A stretch of DNA of 45,345 nucleotides. Source: a virus. Below, one piece after another: positions 14,904-23,138 of the stretch. The DNA is taken from positions 1-45,345 of the IMG/VR virus record IMGVR_UViG_3300023291_000095. One strand, 5' to 3'. The notes under the pieces were generated by a model. It saw nothing but the letters and a program-made list of their open reading frames with translations, was not told where the DNA came from and searched no databases. Numbering within the stretch: the stretch's first letter is position 1; the number at the start of each line of letters is the position of its first letter. The position numbers and the translations under genes were made by a program.

Positions 14904-15191
14904 ATGGCTACAACTGGTAAAGGCCTGCCGCGCAGCCTGAAAGGTGCGACAATTCCAGCAGCTACAGCTACCGCTACTGGTGGTGTACTGAAGTCTGCAA
15001 CGGTTGCCGCTCCGTCTGCGATTACTGCTACAGCAGACACTGCATCAGTCGCGACTGATGTTGCTGGTCTTCTCGTTGACCACAATGATCTGGTTACAAA
15101 ATATAATGCTGCGCGCACTGATATTACTAACCTGCGCACGACTGTTGCCAACCTGCTGACAGCGCTCAAAGCCGCTGGCTCAGTAAGCTAA
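14904..15191 (+). CDS. Ala/Thr-rich head fibre/decoration-like protein (95 aa)
   Basis: Low-complexity A/T-rich N-terminal part and a helical C-terminus (LVTKYNAARTDITNLRTTVANLLTALKAAG). It lies after the capsid gene. Confidence 0.5.
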   Translation: MATTGKGLPRSLKGATIPAATATATGGVLKSATVAAPSAITATADTASVATDVAGLLVDHNDLVTKYNAARTDITNLRTTVANLLTALKAAGSVS

Positions 15192-15203
15192 GAGGATTTT
15201 AAA

Positions 15204-15548
15204 ATGGTAGACGTAATCAAACGTAAACTGGCTGGCGTATCTGTCGATACCGGCAACCTGGTTAAAGTGGACATGACCAACATTAGCCCGGCGTCATTCT
15301 CTACGGCGCTGCCTTCCACTACAGCAGTTACTGCCGGCCAAACTATGACTCTGACGGTTGTTGCCGCTGGCGGTTCAGGTTCATATACCTATCAGTGGTT
15401 TAAAAACAACAACGCCATTGTCGGCGCTAATGCTGCTGTCTACACCAAGGCATCGGCTGCTGCAGCAGACTCCGGCACGTACAAAGTTGTTGTCACTGAC
15501 GCCTATGGCAACCTGATTTCCGGTAGCACCGTCGTTACCGTATCTTAA
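15204..15548 (+). CDS. Ig-like domain protein (Hoc-like decoration candidate)
   Basis: Contains YTYQWFKNNNAIVGAN...SGTYKVVVTDAYGN and is a paralogue of the C-terminus of 10586..11044. Confidence 0.6.
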   Translation: MVDVIKRKLAGVSVDTGNLVKVDMTNISPASFSTALPSTTAVTAGQTMTLTVVAAGGSGSYTYQWFKNNNAIVGANAAVYTKASAAAADSGTYKVVVTDAYGNLISGSTVVTVS

Positions 15549-15554
15549 TAATAA

Positions 15555-15575
15555 GCGGCCTGCGGGCCGCTATTT
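15555..15575 (+). terminator. hairpin with short U-tract (weak terminator/attenuator)
   Basis: GCGGCC-tgcg-GGCCGC followed by TATTT. Confidence 0.35.
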
Positions 15576-15585
15576 GGAGAACAAA

Positions 15586-15774
15586 GTGGCTGATAATTAC
15601 GTAAAACGAAAAAAATATGATGGTCTGGCGCTTGGTGAGGATGGTCAGGTCATCTTGAAAGTTGTCGGTGCTCAGGCAAGCGATCTGATTGAGATCGATC
15701 CAATTGACGAAGCTGCTGTTAAGAATGGTGGCGGTACTGAATCTTCAAATAAAACCCAACGCGCTAAAGCTTAA
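15586..15774 (+). CDS. hypothetical structural-module protein (62 aa, GTG start)
   Basis: GTG preceded by a GGAGA SD. The track start at 15574 (TTG) lies inside the hairpin. Confidence 0.45.
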   Translation: MADNYVKRKKYDGLALGEDGQVILKVVGAQASDLIEIDPIDEAAVKNGGGTESSNKTQRAKA

Positions 15775-15785
15775 CGGGCGGCCTA

Positions 15786-16295
15786 ATGCTGATTGTTGAA
15801 GACGGTTCGATTGTTGCTAATGCTGATTCGTATGTGTCACTTGCTGATGCTCGCACGTTAGCTGGAAGGTTTGGCTGGGCGTTGCCAGTTGATGATACCG
15901 AAGCTGAAGCAGCATTGCGCAATGGCGCAAACTACATCATGTTGCAGGAATCTATGCTGTGCGGCAGCCGTGTATCGGCCAGCCAGACATTATCATTCCC
16001 GCGTACTGATATTAAGCTGTATGGCTTCGCAGTCAGTAACACCACCATCCCTTCTCAAGTAATTCAGGCGCAAGTGGCAGCGGCGGTTGAGTATGGCAAT
16101 GGCTCTGATGTTCGCGGGTCCAGCGACGGGCGTATTACAACACATGAAGAAATCGTTGGAGCTGTTGTCGTTGAGTATGCCGACAACGGCGTAACAGGCT
16201 CAACTATTACGATCACTGCGGCAATGGACGCGCTTCGCCCGCTTATCTGCGGTGGTGGCAATAATGGATTTCAGTTCAGAGTGAGCAGAGGCTAA
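15786..16295 (+). CDS. head-tail connector/adaptor protein
   Basis: The N-terminal EDGSIVANADSYVSLADA pattern is typical of gp6-like head-tail adaptors. The position fits. Confidence 0.55.
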   Translation: MLIVEDGSIVANADSYVSLADARTLAGRFGWALPVDDTEAEAALRNGANYIMLQESMLCGSRVSASQTLSFPRTDIKLYGFAVSNTTIPSQVIQAQVAAAVEYGNGSDVRGSSDGRITTHEEIVGAVVVEYADNGVTGSTITITAAMDALRPLICGGGNNGFQFRVSRG

Positions 16296-16297
16296 TC

Positions 16298-16918
16298 ATG
16301 GCGAAAACTAAAAGTGAGATGTTTACGCTGATTGGCACCAATCTTCCAGATAACACCACTGGCGCGATCACCCCGGCATTGCTGCGTGAAGTTAATACGC
16401 AGATGGCTGACTCCATGCTATATGCTGCGGCAGGCATGAAAGAAGTTGAAGTGCTGCGTGCCCCATCAGTAGTTAACCAATTACCAACAGCATTAGGGAC
16501 TGCTCTTCAGTTAGTGTTTGGTTCAGCGCAACATTCAACAACAGATCCGGTGATGATTAGTGCTGGTGGATTGGTAACCTTTAATGCTGCCGGTAATTAT
16601 GCAGTCAGGATTAAGCTTCAATGTGGCCGCGCTGGTGCAACTGGAGTTGTGACTATTGCTTCACGTATCATGCTGGATGCTGCGCAATACGGTTCATCTG
16701 CTGCTGTCCGTCTGGATAATTCCAATACCATCATGCCGACAGAATCGCGCGTGGTTATCAACGCGACAGCAGGTCAAACGTTAGCCATTCAGATTGTTCG
16801 CGACAGCGTTGATTCTAGCATTAACGCCGGTGGTGTATATGCTATCACTCCTGCAACATCAGGCTGGGCAGTCTCTCCATCTGCATTACTTGTGATTTCC
16901 CGCATGGAGGCTGTGTAA
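16298..16918 (+). CDS. hypothetical virion protein (206 aa)
   Basis: ORF in the neck module, coupled to the next gene. Confidence 0.55.
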   Translation: MAKTKSEMFTLIGTNLPDNTTGAITPALLREVNTQMADSMLYAAAGMKEVEVLRAPSVVNQLPTALGTALQLVFGSAQHSTTDPVMISAGGLVTFNAAGNYAVRIKLQCGRAGATGVVTIASRIMLDAAQYGSSAAVRLDNSNTIMPTESRVVINATAGQTLAIQIVRDSVDSSINAGGVYAITPATSGWAVSPSALLVISRMEAV

Positions 16919-17277
16919 TGTCCAGCGCATTCAGTAAGAAAATGCAGGGAGTTGGCACTAAGCTGCTAAATAAATATGGCAGCACAGTTACGCTGGTGCG
17001 AGCCGGTGTTAAGACATGGGATGAAACTGCTGCCGAGTGGGTTATCGGATTGCCGACAAGCATTTCATTAACTTCAGTCCCTGTGCCAGTAAATGCCTAT
17101 CTGGTGAACGGAACCACAATTCAGACTGGCGATATGATCGTTAAGTCTGATTACTCAATAGTTCCCCAAATGGCTGACAAGGTTGAATTTGGTGGCGAGC
17201 AATGGTCGGTAGTAGCCATCGAGAAAAAGATGGTTAATGACGATGTTGTTGCATACTTTATTCAGGTGAGAAAATGA
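16918..17277 (+). CDS. head closure / head-tail joining protein candidate
   Basis: 119 aa with a TAATG overlap upstream and an ATGA overlap downstream. The call is positional. Confidence 0.5.
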   Translation: MSSAFSKKMQGVGTKLLNKYGSTVTLVRAGVKTWDETAAEWVIGLPTSISLTSVPVPVNAYLVNGTTIQTGDMIVKSDYSIVPQMADKVEFGGEQWSVVAIEKKMVNDDVVAYFIQVRK

Positions 17278-17705
17278 GTTTCACTCTGGATGTCAAATCC
17301 TTCTGCGAGAAGGCGAAAAAGAATCCAGAGATCGTTATGCGCGCCGTCTCTATCAAGTTGTTCAGTGCAATCATTAAGGGAAGCCCAGTCGATACCGGCA
17401 GGTTCCGCATGAACTGGCAGGCTTCTGGTGCTCAGCCTGCAAGTGGTCAAGTTTCAGGAACAGATCCCACCGGTGCTAACGCAGAAGGTAATGCTGCAAA
17501 CTTTGTTTCACAAACGGCTGACTGGCAAGAGCTAACATTAACGAATAACCTTCCCTATGCAGATGTCCTGGAGTTCGGCGGATATCCGGGTGATGGGCCA
17601 AATACCTCAGGGGGTTATTCCAAACAGGCACCTGCGGGCATGGTCCGCGTAAACGTGATAAGATTTCAATCACTGCTTGATGAAGAGGCTGCCAAGGTGC
17701 GCTGA
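17274..17705 (+). CDS. HK97 gp10-like neck/tail-completion protein
   Basis: Contains a GSPVDTGRFRMNW motif, as in the HK97 gp10 family. Confidence 0.6.
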   Translation: MSFTLDVKSFCEKAKKNPEIVMRAVSIKLFSAIIKGSPVDTGRFRMNWQASGAQPASGQVSGTDPTGANAEGNAANFVSQTADWQELTLTNNLPYADVLEFGGYPGDGPNTSGGYSKQAPAGMVRVNVIRFQSLLDEEAAKVR

Positions 17706-18118
17706 TGGGATACTTCGAAGACCTGACCAAAACATTCGACTCACCGCTAATGGCCTTCGGAACTGCCAATAGCATCTCTGTGGCGCTTGAGAACATCGAC
17801 TCTCCAGCTAGCACCAGCACGCCATACCTTGCTGCATTCATGCTCCTCGCCGATACAGAGCAGGCCGATTTGGGATTTAGCGAGCAGCGAGCAGGCATTT
17901 ATCAAATTGACATCAATTACGCCTCAACAGTTGGCAGTTCAGCTATCAACAAGATGGCTGACAAGCTTAACGATTTATTCAAAGCTGGTGTATCATTCTC
18001 TCGTAACGCTATCTGCGCCGAAGTGCAATCTGTGAGCCTGGGGCCGTTGATTGTGCAGAACGGATGGGCAAAGCGCCCTTTATCAATAAATTTCATTGCC
18101 TTCACTAAGAGGTTATAA
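17705..18118 (+). CDS. tail terminator protein candidate
   Basis: 137 aa, immediately upstream of the tail tube gene. The call is positional. Confidence 0.5.
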   Translation: MGYFEDLTKTFDSPLMAFGTANSISVALENIDSPASTSTPYLAAFMLLADTEQADLGFSEQRAGIYQIDINYASTVGSSAINKMADKLNDLFKAGVSFSRNAICAEVQSVSLGPLIVQNGWAKRPLSINFIAFTKRL

Positions 18119-18120
18119 AA

Positions 18121-19287
18121 ATGGCTACTCCTTATAAGGGCGCGAATACTGCACAGTTTTACGTAGCAGAAACCACGCCAGGTGTAACACCAACAAGCCC
18201 GGTATGGTCGCCTTTGCGCAATACTGGCGGCATCCCCGCTACCACCCGAGATGCTTTGGTTTCCAACGAACTGGATGGCAGCCGTGAGACATCATCTATC
18301 CGTACTGGCAACAAGCAGATTACCGGAGAATATGCCATTGAGCTAAGTTCACGCAGTCAGGATGATTTGCTGGCTGGCGCAATGACTTCTTCCTGGCAGG
18401 CTGGCGTGAGTGGAGTTGGCATCTCTGTTGCAGTAGATGCCACAGCAAAAACCTACACGCGCTCAACGGGTAGCTATATTACCGATGGAGTGGAAGTTGG
18501 CGATCTGATCGCTTTCCCTGATCTGGCTGGCAATAACAGCAAACCATTTATCGTCACAGCAGTTACGGCAACGGTGGTGACAGGTGCAGGCATTCAATCT
18601 ACGCTGACAACTGCGGCTGCCGCCACTACCGACTACTTCACCGGTGATAAGCTGGAAACGGGTAACCTATGTAAGACATATTCCGTGCTTACCTGGCTTA
18701 AAGGTCAATGCGGTGGCGCTGATTCATTTATCGTCACTCGCGGCGTTGAGTTCTCAGGCTTCACCATCGAACAGGCTGTCAATGCAATGGTTACAGGGTC
18801 ACTTCCGTTTATTGGCCTGAGCCAGGAAGTATTGACTGCACCGCCAACAGGTTCTGACTTCTCTACCGTCACCTTTGATGCAGAGCCGTTTGCGTCTGTT
18901 GACGTGTCTGTATTTGATGGCATCTCACCACTTCGCTGTGACACATTGACCATTACCAACGATAATGGGGCGTCTGCTCAGTTTGAACTTGGTAATCAGA
19001 GCGTGGCATTCGTTGAGCGCGGACGCGCAGCAAATACATTCTCCATTGCTGGCAAGCTATACGACATGACCATGATCGCCAAGTTCATCAATGAGACACA
19101 GGTAGAAATTAATTCCATCCTGTCAGGCGTGAGTGGTGCGATGTCATTCAGCCTGAAGCGCGCAGAACTGACCGCGGTAACGCCTGAAATTGGTGGCCCT
19201 GAGTCTATCACTCAGTCAATCGAAGGTCAGGCAACCGGCAACAGTACGCTTTCTTCAATCGTTATTCAGCGAATCGAATACGCATGA
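18121..19287 (+). CDS. major tail (tube) protein
   Basis: 388 aa with a strong SD, followed by a terminator hairpin. It lies upstream of the chaperone and tape-measure block. Confidence 0.65.
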   Translation: MATPYKGANTAQFYVAETTPGVTPTSPVWSPLRNTGGIPATTRDALVSNELDGSRETSSIRTGNKQITGEYAIELSSRSQDDLLAGAMTSSWQAGVSGVGISVAVDATAKTYTRSTGSYITDGVEVGDLIAFPDLAGNNSKPFIVTAVTATVVTGAGIQSTLTTAAAATTDYFTGDKLETGNLCKTYSVLTWLKGQCGGADSFIVTRGVEFSGFTIEQAVNAMVTGSLPFIGLSQEVLTAPPTGSDFSTVTFDAEPFASVDVSVFDGISPLRCDTLTITNDNGASAQFELGNQSVAFVERGRAANTFSIAGKLYDMTMIAKFINETQVEINSILSGVSGAMSFSLKRAELTAVTPEIGGPESITQSIEGQATGNSTLSSIVIQRIEYA

Positions 19288-19353
19288 AGGTTCCAGCAGG
19301 GAAGGCTGGGGTCTACATTCATAGTTGGTAGAAGTAAATTAAGCTAATTAAAT

Positions 19354-19376
19354 AAAAGGGCCCAATGGCCCTTTTT
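19354..19376. terminator. bidirectional-looking intrinsic terminator after the tail tube gene
   Basis: AAAA-GGGCC-caat-GGCCC-TTTTT. Confidence 0.7.
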
Positions 19377-19388
19377 AAGGATACGACA

Positions 19389-21206
19389 ATGACTTTTGTC
19401 AATGGGCAAATATTAACTGCAGATCAACTTAATGAGCTTGCCATAGCCGATGAGGTAGAAGCAGCCTTAGACCTAAAATTAACTTCTGCCCAGCTAGCAC
19501 TACCAGATGGCACTAAGTTAATTGGCAGATGTTCCGACATTGCCGCGGCAAGAACCATCGAACCAATTGCAGGCGGTCAACTCCTAGACGTTGTCGCTTA
19601 TTCATCTGGTTGGTCTGTAGTAACAAATCCTCTTGGTGGTGGGCGTTTCTTTTATGACGCGGCTGATACAACGTCAGTAGATGATGGCGGTGTAGTCATT
19701 GTTACCGCTGGCGGAAAACGCTGGCGCCGTATTTATAATGGAAGTGTATTTGCAGAATGGTTTGGCGTTAAATCTGATGGGGCAACTGATGACACTGCAA
19801 ATCTTCGAAAGGCCATCGCTTATGCTAAAACAACTTCATATCCATCAGTTCGGCTTCGCCAGGGTAACACCGTAATTTCTGATGTAATAAATCTAAATGG
19901 CGTTGCTGGTACTGGATTCTTTGGATGTAAATTAATTGGTGAGAACAGAAAAACCACGGCGATCCTGTTTAAGCCTGCTGCCATTGACTCAATCTGTATT
20001 AATGTTATTGGTGGCTCAGGAAACGTTAGCTCTGCCGGAGTGCAGGGTTTAACAATTAAGCCATTTAATAGCTCATATAACCTGCTTGGTACTGGGCTTG
20101 AAATAAACAGCGCTTGTTATGTTCACGTTGATGATATGGACATTCAGACCCTAAATGTTGGCTACAGCCTTCATAATGGGACAACTGGAGGATTCTCAGA
20201 ATTCAATATATTCACCAGATGCCGAGCATTTCAGAACAACATCAATCGCCAGTACATCCGCACGCTTGGTAATGACTCTTTTCATGGCAACCGTTTTGAA
20301 GGGTTCATGAACCAGGTTAAATCATCTGGCGGCATTGGTATCTACGTCAAAGGCCGCGACACTTCAAATATCGCATGGGTTTACAACAACCGGTGCTGCG
20401 ATAACTTCTTTGGTGCTTCCGGTGCTTATGCCATCGTTCTTGAGAATGCCAACACGACTGGTGTTACTGGTGATTTAACTGCGGAACAAGATTTAATCTG
20501 CAAATCAGATGATAATTCTTGGTGGACTCAGGCAGGAAGATTTGACTCAATTGGCAATGTTACATTTGAGGTTACCACTGAGATTGCCGCTAAGAATGGT
20601 CGATTCTCATGGAATAATAGGGCATCGAAAGATGCGGTAGTATTTGTTAACAGCCCGCTTACCGAAGCCTCACCAAAACCATTGATTCAACCTGCTGATA
20701 TTCCAAATGGTGGCGCTCATGGCACAGTTTTCCGCGCTCTTGGGGTGGGGCTTGATGCGATCATGCTTGCTAGCCAGGGTAATGCTGATACAAAGAATGG
20801 CGTTTATATTGGAAATATAAATTCGTCTGGTGATTGGCAATCATTCAATCATGGTTTCTTCTTATCTTCTGGTGGATCAATATTAAGATCTGCAAATGGC
20901 GCTGGCTTTGCTGTTCAGATTGGCACCACATCAAGATTCCAGTTTTCCCCATCAACATTGCGGCCCTTTACTGATGGTGGCGTGAATCTTGGTGATGCAA
21001 GCTTCCAATATAACAATGTTTACACCACGAATATTGTCGCATCTGTAGGCGGAACGATTGCAGGGAACCCAATAGTTTCTAAGGTTGCGGTTCCAGCTAC
21101 AGCTACGTCAGCAGGTGTTCTTGGGCAGGTTGCAGCAGATGCGAATTTCCTTTACGTATGTACTGCAACCAATACCTGGAAAAGGGTTGCGATTGCTGCA
21201 TGGTAA
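19389..21206 (+). CDS. tailspike/tail fibre 1 with pectate-lyase-type beta-helix (depolymerase candidate)
   Basis: Contains WFGVKSDGATDDTANLRKAIAYA, a Pectate_lyase_3-like motif, and has a short N-terminal anchor. ATG 19389 has an AAGGA SD; the track start at 19365 lies inside the terminator. Confidence 0.75.
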   Translation: MTFVNGQILTADQLNELAIADEVEAALDLKLTSAQLALPDGTKLIGRCSDIAAARTIEPIAGGQLLDVVAYSSGWSVVTNPLGGGRFFYDAADTTSVDDGGVVIVTAGGKRWRRIYNGSVFAEWFGVKSDGATDDTANLRKAIAYAKTTSYPSVRLRQGNTVISDVINLNGVAGTGFFGCKLIGENRKTTAILFKPAAIDSICINVIGGSGNVSSAGVQGLTIKPFNSSYNLLGTGLEINSACYVHVDDMDIQTLNVGYSLHNGTTGGFSEFNIFTRCRAFQNNINRQYIRTLGNDSFHGNRFEGFMNQVKSSGGIGIYVKGRDTSNIAWVYNNRCCDNFFGASGAYAIVLENANTTGVTGDLTAEQDLICKSDDNSWWTQAGRFDSIGNVTFEVTTEIAAKNGRFSWNNRASKDAVVFVNSPLTEASPKPLIQPADIPNGGAHGTVFRALGVGLDAIMLASQGNADTKNGVYIGNINSSGDWQSFNHGFFLSSGGSILRSANGAGFAVQIGTTSRFQFSPSTLRPFTDGGVNLGDASFQYNNVYTTNIVASVGGTIAGNPIVSKVAVPATATSAGVLGQVAADANFLYVCTATNTWKRVAIAAW

Positions 21207-21235
21207 ACAAAAGGGCCTTTCGGCCCTTATTTTTT
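21207..21235. terminator. bidirectional intrinsic terminator between convergent genes
   Basis: AAGGGCC-tttc-GGCCCTT with A-rich and T-rich flanks. It overlaps the stop codon of the reverse gene. Confidence 0.75.
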
Positions 21236-21517
21236 GATGGTTAGTCCGTGGGAGGTGAGCTCATGCTCAATATCATTAATGGCGTCGTTGTACCCATCGG
21301 CGAAAGCGTTATCTAGCGGGTTTTTAAATCGCTCAAACTGAATCTCGATTGCCGCGCGGGATGCAGTCCATGCCGCTTCCCATGCCGTTCTCATATCAAA
21401 TACCGATGCCTTGAAGTGGTTTGTCATTTCGTCTTCTTCGGCAATAAACGCCATGTGATACAGATTTGGCATTTTTTCTTTCAACCACTTCTCAAATGCT
21501 GCCTTAGTGTCCATCAT
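21227..21517 (-). CDS. hypothetical protein (96 aa), third gene of the reverse cassette
   Basis: ORF with an ATGA overlap to the upstream gene. No motif recognised. Confidence 0.6.
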   Translation of the reverse strand: MMDTKAAFEKWLKEKMPNLYHMAFIAEEDEMTNHFKASVFDMRTAWEAAWTASRAAIEIQFERFKNPLDNAFADGYNDAINDIEHELTSHGLTIKK

Positions 21518-21744
21518 TTCCCCCTGAATTCAGGATATCCATTGTTAGATGACTTTAATTTTCCAACAAATGAGCTTGGAACAAAAATGTTATCCTTTGA
21601 ATAGCATCTCCTGTATAAGTCAGCATCATTATTGCTTTCAGGACAATGCTCACGCCAGTCAGGGCGATCTATTCTGGATGCTATCCTGTATTTCCTTGAA
21701 ACTATGCAATACCCCTGGCGCTTTGCTTCTTCAATGGTCATCAT
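21514..21744 (-). CDS. hypothetical basic protein (76 aa), paralogue of 44692..44919
   Basis: About half of the residues are identical by eye to the 44692 product (GYCI.SR..RIASR.DRPDW....AD.YRRC.SKD...VP.SF..KLK.S..GY). Confidence 0.6.
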   Translation of the reverse strand: MMTIEEAKRQGYCIVSRKYRIASRIDRPDWREHCPESNNDADLYRRCYSKDNIFVPSSFVGKLKSSNNGYPEFRGK

Positions 21745-22136
21745 TTCCCCTCCTTAACACCATCAGCCCACGCGGTAAGTGCGATATTGAATGTTGCTTT
21801 CTTCATGTCATCAGGAAAGCCCTGTGTGTTTCTGTCGGCGATCTCAATAACCTTATCTTTTGGCACGCCAGCAATACCCGCGTTCTTTGCTGACTCACAG
21901 AATGATGTTGCGTTGCTGACCAGTTCTGCTACGACTTCTGGCGCGCTTTTCAGGCCAAAGGATACGGCGCTGGTTTGCAAAATTCCTGACTCAATGATGA
22001 TATCAGTACAGGGTTTTGAAGCTGCATTGGCTTTGTTGGCAACCAACATAATAACGATGGTCAGGCACACCAGTGCGATGAGGAGATTGATGATCGGTGA
22101 AACAATTTTAAAGATGATGCGGCAGATGTTTTTCAT
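21741..22136 (-). CDS. membrane-anchored/secreted protein (131 aa), possible superinfection-exclusion-type moron product
   Basis: It has an N-terminal TM or signal anchor (IINLLIALVCLTIVIMLVANKANA). It is the first gene after its own promoter. Confidence 0.6.
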   Translation of the reverse strand: MKNICRIIFKIVSPIINLLIALVCLTIVIMLVANKANAASKPCTDIIIESGILQTSAVSFGLKSAPEVVAELVSNATSFCESAKNAGIAGVPKDKVIEIADRNTQGFPDDMKKATFNIALTAWADGVKEGK

Positions 22137-22189
22137 TTCTGGTTCCTTCGGTTAGAATTAATAATTAACGTGATTTATGGCTTGGAATG

Positions 22190-22232
22190 AAGATAGCACT
22201 GCAATATTCGCGTTGCAACTTATTTGTTTGCT
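22190..22232 (-). promoter_or_regulatory. sigma70-type promoter of the reverse cassette
   Basis: The reverse strand reads AGCAAACAAATAAGTTGCAA, a 17-nt spacer, then TATCTT. The 20-mer is identical to 2638..2657. Confidence 0.6.
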
Positions 22233-22326
22233 AGTTTCTCTCCGCTAGGGTAGCACCCGAAAAGCGACTGGTTATCGCCTGCGGAGGGGATCACAAACCA
22301 CCAACCTGTTAACCAAAGGAATCACA

Positions 22327-22776
22327 ATGAAGAAGCAATCACCAACAGAAACAAAACGCCTTACTCTGGCCGACTTCGCATTCAAAGACAGGCATGCGGC
22401 CGGCGTGAAAATGCCAATCCTGTTGCCTTCAGGCGCTGACTCTGGCGAGACTCTGACCGTGCGCGGGCCTGACTGCGATGAGTCAGTAGAGGCCAATCGA
22501 ATTTATACTCGCGCGCTGTTTGTAATGGAAGATGAACTTGCTGGTCTTAAGGCTGACGCCGAGACGCGTAACAACTGGTTTGAGTACAACATTGCGAAGG
22601 AAGATAAAACCAAGCAGTTGAACATGGCATTCATCAGCGACGTTGTGACTGGGTGGTCACTGGAAGAACAGTTCTCACGCGATAATCTGGTTAACCTGCT
22701 GGAACAGTTTCCGGCACTCATTGACCAAGTATCAGCCTTTCACAGCAAGCTGCGTGAAGAACTTCAGGCAAAGTAG
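22327..22776 (+). CDS. tail assembly chaperone (G-like)
   Basis: 149 aa, acidic, directly upstream of the frameshift ORF and the tape measure gene. Confidence 0.7.
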   Translation: MKKQSPTETKRLTLADFAFKDRHAAGVKMPILLPSGADSGETLTVRGPDCDESVEANRIYTRALFVMEDELAGLKADAETRNNWFEYNIAKEDKTKQLNMAFISDVVTGWSLEEQFSRDNLVNLLEQFPALIDQVSAFHSKLREELQAK

Positions 22777-23138
22777 TCGCGCTGTATGAATATGTGAGAT
22801 GGCTTTATGTTGACAGACAGAAGCGGCAAAAGTTTGACAGCATATCTTCAGGCCATGAAGCAGCTTTGATTGCCATGGGCGTCATTACCGCGGTAGAGCG
22901 GAAAATCGATAAGGGGCCTGAGTGCCCCTTTATTTTTATGACGACATTAGGCAAGTATAAAGAGCTAAAATTCATACAGCGCATGGATGGTGATACTATT
23001 AAGCTATATCCGCGTGACATGCTTACATGGAGCGATTTAGTCGCATACAAGAGCGTCACCGGCCAACAAATAACAATGCTTGAAGCAGAGGTAATAATGG
23101 GCATTGATGCTGCGTTTGAGGGCAGAGAAGATGACTGA
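22770..23138 (+). CDS. -1 frameshift extension of the tail assembly chaperone (GT-like product, joined to 22327..22772)
   Basis: The -1 frame is open from 22758 and has no ATG or SD of its own. G-GCA-AAG (22767..22773) lies just before the TAG stop and allows an A-AAG slip. The ORF ends overlapping the tape-measure start. Confidence 0.55.
   Translation, partial: KVVALYEYVRWLYVDRQKRQKFDSISSGHEAALIAMGVITAVERKIDKGPECPFIFMTTLGKYKELKFIQRMDGDTIKLYPRDMLTWSDLVAYKSVTGQQITMLEAEVIMGIDAAFEGREDD

Noticed and set aside
22182-22208. Possible + strand promoter for the downstream tail genes (TTGGAA ... TATTCG, or TGcAATATT)
   Set aside because: The hexamers and spacing are poor (15 to 17 nt, with the -10 lacking the invariant final T in one reading). 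It is mentioned as an open question rather than called as a feature.
22794-23138. Independent GTG-initiated 114-aa gene between the chaperone and the tape measure
   Set aside because: It has no SD, and its frame opens just before the chaperone stop in the -1 phase. This position is the conserved G/GT frameshift site, so it is treated as a frameshift extension.
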